Position numbers and translations under genes: made by a program | From: a virus | Lineage: Duplodnaviria; Heunggongvirae; Uroviricota; Caudoviricetes | IMG/VR virus record: IMGVR_UViG_3300020046_004077 | DNA length: 28,792 nt | Reading direction: 5' to 3' (one strand) | The notes under the pieces: model-generated | What the model saw: only the letters and a program-made list of their open reading frames with translations | Database searches by the model: none | Told to the model about the DNA's origin: nothing | Shown: positions 1-9,000 of the stretch, piece by piece | Numbering within the stretch: the first letter of the stretch is position 1 | How the letters are laid out: every line of letters starts with the position of its first letter

Positions 1-2
1 CT

Positions 3-3000
3 GAACTTAGAATTAGAAGCTAGTTCAGCTATAAACTCTTTTGAGTTTGTTAGACCGTACTCACCTTGTACATCAGGAAGTTTAGTTGCTTCATTGAAGA
101 TCCTATCCAGATTTCTTACAAAGTTGATCTGTTCTTCTCCTTCCGGGTTCTGTATAACAGCTACAGAGAATGCGTGGTTTATTTCGTGTGTAAGAACGTG
201 GCGTAATTCCTTTTCAGATTCTACCGCTCCATTTCTATTAATTAAGATTTCACTTGCACCACTTTCTCCTTTGTAAATGAATTTACCAAAGTTGTTAGTC
301 CCAAGTGTACTATCCAGAATAATAGGTGTATTGATCTTACTTGAGTTCTTTAACAGAATTTCAAGATTTCTCAACGTTTCGGGATTGCTTTCGTCAAGCA
401 TCAACCGTTTGATCACAGAAGATGTTGCTTCTTTGTCAGTAGGTAAATAGAATCTCAGTCTTGAATCTATCTCTGAATTCACCCGACCAAATAAAGGACT
501 ACGCACAGTCAAGTTGTCCCCCCCTAGTCCCCAAGGGTCCGGATTGAGGTTCAATTTCCTGTTGCCTGGTGCCTTACTCTGACTACGTCCATCAGCAGAT
601 ACTTCATAGAAGTTGTTTCTTGACCCAAGAGGTTGTACTTCTCTAAAGTGAGACAGGTCTTTTGGATCAGCCTCATACAGTCTGTAATCTCCTAATTCAC
701 GATCATTAAATCTTATGAATTTAGGTAGTACTTCAGCTTCACTGTATTCGTCAGATAAGTAGAATTCAGTTATATGTCTTGTTCCGGAAGTTATCTTGGC
801 GTTCTTAATCATATTAGAGAAGAACCCTTTATCTTTCTGGAACTTACCGTATAGTTCAGGGAATCTGTCAAGATTCTTGAAGTTATGACGAATAAAGTTA
901 ACTACAGCAGCTTCCTGATCTATGTTCATAGAAGGAGCAGCTTTAATTATATTCTTCCATGCGTTATCTAATCCTGATTCTATCCAGAAACTAACCGGAA
1001 TAAGTTCAAACATGGATTTAGCATTAAAGTTAAACCCTGTTGTCATAATCGCGTAACGTATAAGGTCATGAGCCAACCCACGTACTTCTATGTTAGGGTG
1101 GTTAAGCATTTCATACCATCCGTTAGTTACTTCAGTCTTATTTGTATTGTTATCCGTGTTACGAATACCTACAATCTGTACTTGATCAACTCCTGTTTTG
1201 CTTGTCTCAAGATTTTTAATAAGTTCGTTGTTCTTGAGAACAGGGTGCTTATCTACCATTTGATCAATATACTTCCAGATACTCTTTTCTGCACTGAATA
1301 ATGACCAACGGTTTCTGTAATCTTCCTGTCCTTTTTGAGGATGGATAGCAATCAAGGTACGTGAGAGGAGACTATCTCCTTCCAAGTTATAGTAATCAAT
1401 AAACTGGTTAAGTTGTTTGATTAGACCTTTATCAGTAATGCTTGCTTGTCCTATATTCTCAGCATAAGCTGTTCTTACTTGTGAGTAAGCCATGCTGGTA
1501 GAAGGGAAGAATTGTCCAGTATAGGTAAGTGCATCTTGTATTCCGTGCTTAAAGAAGCTGGCAAGTCTCTTACCTACAGCTGGTGTTGTTGCTGTATCAA
1601 ATACTCTTGAGTCGATATATACTAAAGCTTCAGGATTAGTTACTTCATTTTTCTGTTGTAACATAGCTTCTAAGGCTTCTATTCCTGTAGCATCCTGGAA
1701 AGTATCTATTGAAAGTACATTGTTTATCTTTCCTAATTGCCCTGCAATTATGTTTGTTTTAATGAATTGATTTAACACCATAGCATCATGAGCAGGGTTT
1801 GCGTCTATAGCAGACTTTAACCCTTCTTTTAACGCCTCGGTACTAACTGTTTCATCTCTATCTAATATGTTGTACTGATCTTTAATAGCAGGATAGGACT
1901 CGAACAGCTTTTCAGTAGCCTTACGACTATCCTGACCTTCCTGCTTGTAGAATTTAGTCCATTCCCTTACTACAGGCTGCATGAAGAAGTCTGTAATAAC
2001 AGGTAATGGTACCCCAAAGTCAATCATTGTATGGAAACTAGCCATTGTTCCAGTAACTACACCTAAATAAGCCAGCAAGGGGTTTTTAGCCGCATCAAGA
2101 GCTGCTTGTTGACTTTCAGCATGGTTCTCTGAAATTAGTGTTCCTGAAGCGTCAAAGGTACGCCCAAGCTCATTGAACTTATACTTTTGGTCAATTGTAA
2201 TACCTATTTCAACATTTACACCAATAAAGTCTTTAATTGTCTGTAGTACTGTGTGACCAGTATTAAATCTGGACGCAATACCAATCTCAGCTTTACCGTC
2301 CTTGTTACGAATCTCAGCTTTAACATCAGCTTGTGTTGAAGCTACACTGGAACTTGTACCTAAGTCTATAAGCCCCATTTCCTGATATTCTTTAAATTTA
2401 GCTTCAAGTGTAGGGCTGGCAAGAGGAGTAAGTAATTCTTTTGTATGAGCTTTGTTTGTTAAGATTCCCCAGTAGATATTGAATAACTTAGTATCCACAC
2501 TCTCGCTATCAATCTTTCCTTCCTTATCTGTAACTCTGCGTAGTAATTGTGACTTATCAACGTCAAAGTCAAGACCTTGTTGAATAGTTAATTCTCCCGG
2601 AATAATAACTACGTTGTTGAGGTTACTTGGTACAATCTTCACTACCCTTACAGGAATCATTGAACTCTTGTTGGAAGTAGGGATACGGTATAGAATGAAT
2701 TGTAGAGCTTTCTTCTGGTTCTCTGTTAATTTATCCCAAATAATACGTCCATTAGGTAGTATATTATCACCGTAACGTAATCCTATCTGACCTAAATTGT
2801 CAAGGGGTAAAGCTATCTCAGCTTCAGTTAATTCACCTTCGTTGTTTGTGACAAATTTTAATTCGTCATCATATCCAACTCCAAAGTCTGCAAGGTTAAT
2901 AGCAGAATATCCTGGGCTGTCTTGTCCAAGAACATTCTTTTTCCATAAGTTAGTCAAGATAGACTGGAACTTCTGTCCAAATGCAGGGAAGGAAATAGGA

Positions 3001-6000
3001 ACAGCAAAGTCGATTTCGTTATTAACTGCTCTTACTAATTCAAGTACATCCTGGTAGTTTTCATTCAAGTCTCTTGACATCAGCTCCTGTTCCAGAGTTG
3101 TTTTGAGTTTAAACAGCTGTTCTTTTCTCTTAGCTTTATCGTCAGATAATTTGAATTCCTTTCCTACTCCAAGTCGTTTTTGTAAATTACTTGCCGAGGC
3201 TTGTATCTTTTCTTCCCATAATTCGTTGTACTTCTCTTTTAAAGTACTACCAAGCATAGATGTACTTCCTACTTTGTACATAGTCTTGTCGTCTATGTTA
3301 CCAAGTATGAGTTTGTGGAACTGAGTACCTTTAATATCAGTCTTCTTCTTGTCAGGAATAAGTTGCGGGAACCTGAAGTCAGACAAGTTAACTACCCTTT
3401 TCTGCCAGTCCTGTACCGGCTGACTAATGTCATTAATTACTCCATATAACCCTACTTTAGTAGTATCTTCTGCTGACATGATACCAATGTTATTAGCTTT
3501 CATGAAAGCAAGAAGGTCTCTGAATCCAGAATGTATTTTAGTTAATTCTGGTGTAATTGGGGTAATAGAGTCTTTGAACTGTTCCTTTATGATCATAGTA
3601 GATCCATCAGGAAGAGTTATCTTTCTGTTGTTAAATTGGAATGGCTTGAAAGGTTGTAGTAATATCTTAGCAGCAGCACTACGCAGTCTTTTAGCTTGTT
3701 CCTCAGTAATTAATTCTTTATCTAATAATTGTCTTGTTGCATACCGTACAGTGATACCTTTGCTCCAAGCTAATTTGTAAAGACGTTCATGGTCCTTACT
3801 CCACTGTCCAAGACTTTCTGCAAGTACCTTGTAACTATCTATGTCCATTAAGGATTGAGCATCAGTTTTATTAACTGATTGATACTTTTCTGCAATACTC
3901 TTATCTCCAGCTAACTCAGCTAATGAATTCAGATATTCAGGAGTATTTACTTTCATCTGTTTAGCGTAAATACCTCTCGTTAAGGTTACCGGAGTTTCAC
4001 TGTAACCTTTAATACCAGGAGTTACAGTCTGATAAGCACGCTTGAAATAGTCATCAGGGCTTTTATAGAATGCAATGTCTCCCATCAGTACCTTGGAAAC
4101 TTCTAGTCTCCAAGCTAAATCGTTGTAGAAAAACTCCTCCAGGAATGCAGACAAGCTCTTTCTGTCAAGTATCTGAGTTGGTATTCTCTCACTTGTTACC
4201 TCACCTTTTTCATTAATGTTAATGATGTCGTTTTCTGCAAGGAAGCTTTTAAAAGCTGAGAATTCAGACTCAATAAAGTCCTCAATTATCTTCTCTGCTG
4301 TTTGTAGAGCTTTAGTGTATTCTTCTGTACTTATATCTCCGCTTGAAAGGGATTCTTTCAATTTAGGTACAGTATTTAGTCCAGGAATATAGATGAATCT
4401 TGATGAGTTCTTTAAGTTTGCTATATCTTTTGGTAATGCATTATCCTCATTAGCTGAGTTTTGGAACTTAGCTAATCTTTGGATACGTACTACCTCACTG
4501 TTCATTGTGCCTTTAAGAACAGTAAACAAGAAGTCTTTTGCTGCTTGAGTACCTTTCTTCTTAGGCAGGCTTATAATAGGTTGTTTAGTCTTATCTGCAG
4601 GTGTTCCTGTAAAGAAATATCCTTCACTTCCCCCATTATTGTAGAAGGTAGTGAATCTCATTATCATAGACTCAATCTCAGTCCTTTTCTCAAACGCTTT
4701 AGGATTATCCTCATTACGTCTGATTACAGAAGTAAAATTAAGGTCAATCTTGTCAGAGCTATTTTTGATAGCTTGTAAGAATTGATTATCTGAATAGAAT
4801 GAATCCTGTTCATAATAACTTACAACATCTTGTGGATTATTCTTGATGTTGTTGGCTAATTCTGTAAGGGCTGAAGGCCAGTTAATAGGGTTTTCCAGGT
4901 TACCTTCGTCATTTCTATAAGCTCCTCCACGGGAATCATCTATGTAAACTGAGCTTGTTTTAGCAAGGTTAGTTAAAAGACTTGAACCTTCAAAAGGATC
5001 CTTTCCTTCCTTAGCATTTAATAACAGTTGTTCTAATGTTCTGCTTCTTGTACCGAAGAACATGTTTTCAACTTTTCTATACTTAAAACCAGGATTAGGC
5101 AAAGCATCAAGCTCTTTCCACATTTGGTTAGGTACAGAAACTCCAAGCTCAGAAAGAATAGAGTTAAATTCATCTTTAACTTCAGTGTAAGGCAAATTAG
5201 CTTTCTTCTGTTTAGCGATGTAGAACTTATTCTTAAATGCCTCCAGTCTTGCAAATATAGCAGCAGCTTTCTTTGTATTTACAGTACCGTCTGTATCTAC
5301 TATTTTCTTACGAACTCCTTCCTCTCTCCATCTGTTATGGAGTACACGATCACTACTTGCACGGTCTGAGTCTATTGTTTTAGCAAAGTTCTCAATTCTG
5401 TGGGTAGCAAAAGGATTCTCAGGATCTATATCTGAAGGGTCATTCTTATCAATAGGAACTTTCTTAGTTCCGTGAAGAACTGTCTTTTTATAATAACCGT
5501 CACGTTTGTACTTAGCCGCAAACTCATTGAACAATTGTATGTTACCCTTGTTCTTTTCGTTCATTAAGGCATCCAGTACAACCTTAGCAATAGCATCGTT
5601 TTCAGCTAACTCTGTAAGTTTAGTAATAGGATTACTTGCATCTCTTAACTTAAGAGCCAGGTTTCCATCTACTCTCCTAAAGTCAAGGAATTTAGTTGTA
5701 CCAAAGACAGTTTGCTTATTCTCCCCGGTAGGCATTCCTGATTGATCCAATACTGGTTCAGGGATGCTTGCAAGGAATAGTTTAACCCTGTTACTCATTG
5801 ATTCACTAGGATTAATCAACGTATGATCAATGTCATACAGTCTTTCAGCCTCGTCCTGTGACTTTAGTTCTGCATTATCTACGCTTTCAGCAAACTCTTC
5901 TTGAGAGTTAGTGTAGGTTGAACCATCTTTTAGTCTAACACTAAATCCATATCTGCTTAAGTCTTTTAATACTTTAGTTCTGAATCCGTCTTCAGGTAAT

Positions 6001-9000
6001 CCTGTAGCTGTTGTAACATCTTCAAATGATCCAACAAAGCTCTCTTCTCCTGCAGAAGGAGTGCCTATTCCCATAGCGAGATAGCTATAATACCTGGCTT
6101 GGTCAACCTTACTTCTTTCTTTACTTCCTTTTATTCTTTCAAAGTCTTTCTCAAAGTTAGACTTGATTGAACCGAGGATAGCATCGAGGTTTTTAGGGTT
6201 AGTTAAGTATTCCCCAAGACTTACCTCTTCTTGTCTTGCCAGTTCCCCACTTAGTCTAATGACTTCAGAAGTCCAAGCTACAATACTTTCTTGTTGTTGT
6301 TTGATGTATCTGAAACCAGGTAGTTTCTTATAACGAGGTTCTGCAGGATCTAATTGCAGTTTAGCTTTCTCTTGAATAGCTTTTTGCTGTTCCAGAGACA
6401 AGTTTAGATTGTCGAGTTGAGCAAATAACTTTTCTACCGGAGTTTTAAATCCAAGTAGATTCTTGATCATCAGCCAAAGCTTCTTGAAGAAGTTACGTAC
6501 TGGTTCAGCAGGCTTATATTTGCCATCACTAAGTTTGTATTTCTCAAACTCCTCAGCAAGTTTCTCTTCTCCAATCTTATTGATCAACTCACTTTGCTTT
6601 TTTGTAACAAGTCCATTGCTTGGATCAGCAAAGAAGTGTAAAGCTTCGTGATAAGCTGTACCTTCAGGAGCAAATTCAGCTATTGTAACTAGCCCATTGT
6701 AGTATTGACCAAACGCAGCTATTCCATTCTTGGAAATGAACCTATCTACATTTTGAGCTACTTCAATAGCTTGCTCACCAATGTTATCTTTGAACCAAGT
6801 TAGTTCTTTCTCAGTAAGTAATTTAAAGCCTTGTTCCGTAGCTGGCTTAAGCTTAGCATCAGGACCGAAGAAATCGTCTAAAGCTTTATCTGGAGTAGTA
6901 TCTATTTTTCTCCCCTTTAAGTTAGCTGCTAAATTGTGTTCAAAGATCTTAATGATTATAGGATCTGTTACTTCTTTGTTTTTGTAGTCAAACCATTTAC
7001 CATTTTCTTTGTAGAACTGCCCTTCACTTGTATTTACACTATACTTTTCTCTTCTTATTTCAACATCTAGAGATTCAATTCTATCTCTTAAATCCTTCTC
7101 TGTGCCTATTATGTTTGTAATAACAGGTTCATCATTCTCCTCTACTAGAGTAAATTGAGATTCTTCAATGTTTGGATCAAGATATAGAGCCACTTGGTTA
7201 AAAGAGTAGCTGGAATCTTCACCAACTCCCATAGTTTTAGAACCTGGAAGATTAGTCTGCACAGATGAAGTTTCAACCAAATAATCATAGTACGTATTAT
7301 AAGCCTTGTTTGTAACAGGGTCTGTATATCTTATTTCTGAGTTTAAATTAGTTACTGGTACATTCTTGAACTGTTTAGAAAGCAGTTCTTTGAATTTAGT
7401 TGTTATTTGTCCTTGTCCTGCATGGTTATAAAATACTTCTGATTTATTACCATCAGGAGTCATCACTCTAAACGCATAAGGTTTAGCAGCTAACATTTCT
7501 CCTACCTGTTTAGAGTCAACAATAACCCATACAGGCTGAGTTCCTTTAACAGGAATAAGTACATCTGCTGTATTTGCAGTTGTATTAACAATGTGTATTC
7601 TTGATCTATTAAGTTCAAGCACATCAGGCTTTTTATCTCCTTTTGTAGAGTATACTCCAGCAGAGTGTTGAGGTAAGTAAACTACATTATTTAGAGTAGT
7701 AAAGTCTTTTGAAACCAGTAATTGAGCTATGTTATTATTTAACCAATCAATTTCAGTTTGGTTAAGGTTTCTGGGCTCAAGTCCAATAATACGCTTACTT
7801 CCGTCAGGGGCTGTTCTGAATGTAATTACCTTACCTCTGAGTTTAGCTAAGTCATTTGATCTTGGAACAATCTGAGTATTGTTTACCTGATCTATTACAT
7901 TCTTGGTAATACCTTTCATCGCTCCAATATTTGGAGTTGTAATATTACCATTGAAATCTATGAATCCAAGAATAGGCTTGTGTGCAGTATTCTCAAACTT
8001 CCACTGTTCTTCGTTTACTTGTACGTAATCACTCTTTAAAATATCTAAAGAGTTTAGGGTAGAAGACTTACGGATAGTACCTACATTCTTACTAGCTATA
8101 CGGGTTTTTACTTCCCCTCTTGCTATTACTTCATTACGTAAGTAAGTTATAACTCTTTGATCTGCCAGCCTTGGATTATCAGCAGAAGGTAGTTGTTTAA
8201 TAGGACGTGGGTTTCCTTCTACGTAAACATTAATTACATAGTTTTCTACTTTATCCGGTTTAAATCCTGGAGTTAATGTCCAAGGAAAATCATTCTCAAG
8301 CTTTAAAATAACCTGTTGTCCAGCAAGAACCTTTGGGGTGTTTGCAAGTAACTGTCCTGTTTCAGTATCTACAGCAAAGATCTTGTCTGCGGTAGCGGTT
8401 TCACCTGTAATATTGTTAGTATAAACTGTAGCTGAACCATCTTCATTTACTTCTTTTAACCAAGCTGGAACAGTTGTTCTTTGTCTTGATTCTTCAGCTT
8501 TCTTGTCTTTCTCAGCTTGCTGTGTGACTACAGGAGGAACTTCTTTTTTCTGTTCAATTTCTATACGTTCAAGAATAGAGGATACCTGTTCTTTAGTCAA
8601 TCCTCCCCAACGGGTAGCTTGTTCAGGAGTAATTCCTCCTGCAAAAGGTATTTCAATAGGAGCAGAATCGTCTACTGGAGGAGCTTCCATTTCAGGAGCA
8701 TACTCTGACTCTGTAGGAGGTTCAACTAATACTTCTTCACTACTTGGTATTGGAGCTGGAGGTTCTTCTACAAACTTCTTTGTTTCCTCTTGGTTAGCTG
8801 CTTTTTTTGAATCAACTAAAGCTTGGTGCTTTTGAGCTAAAGCTGTCTTTAGTGCTTCATCTGTAGTATTAGCTGCAGCTTGCAGAATTTCTTCTTGCTT
8901 AGCATCAGGATTATTTAGAACAGCTTTAGCTTGTTCATTTACTTTTCTTGTTTCAGCTTCTTTCCTTGCTTTAGCTATTCCTTCAGGAGTAGTTAACTCA

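Noticed and set aside
5033-5254. 73-aa minus-strand ORF in an alternative frame inside the vRNAP gene
   Set aside because: It is short, fully nested and has no recognisable features, as expected by chance.
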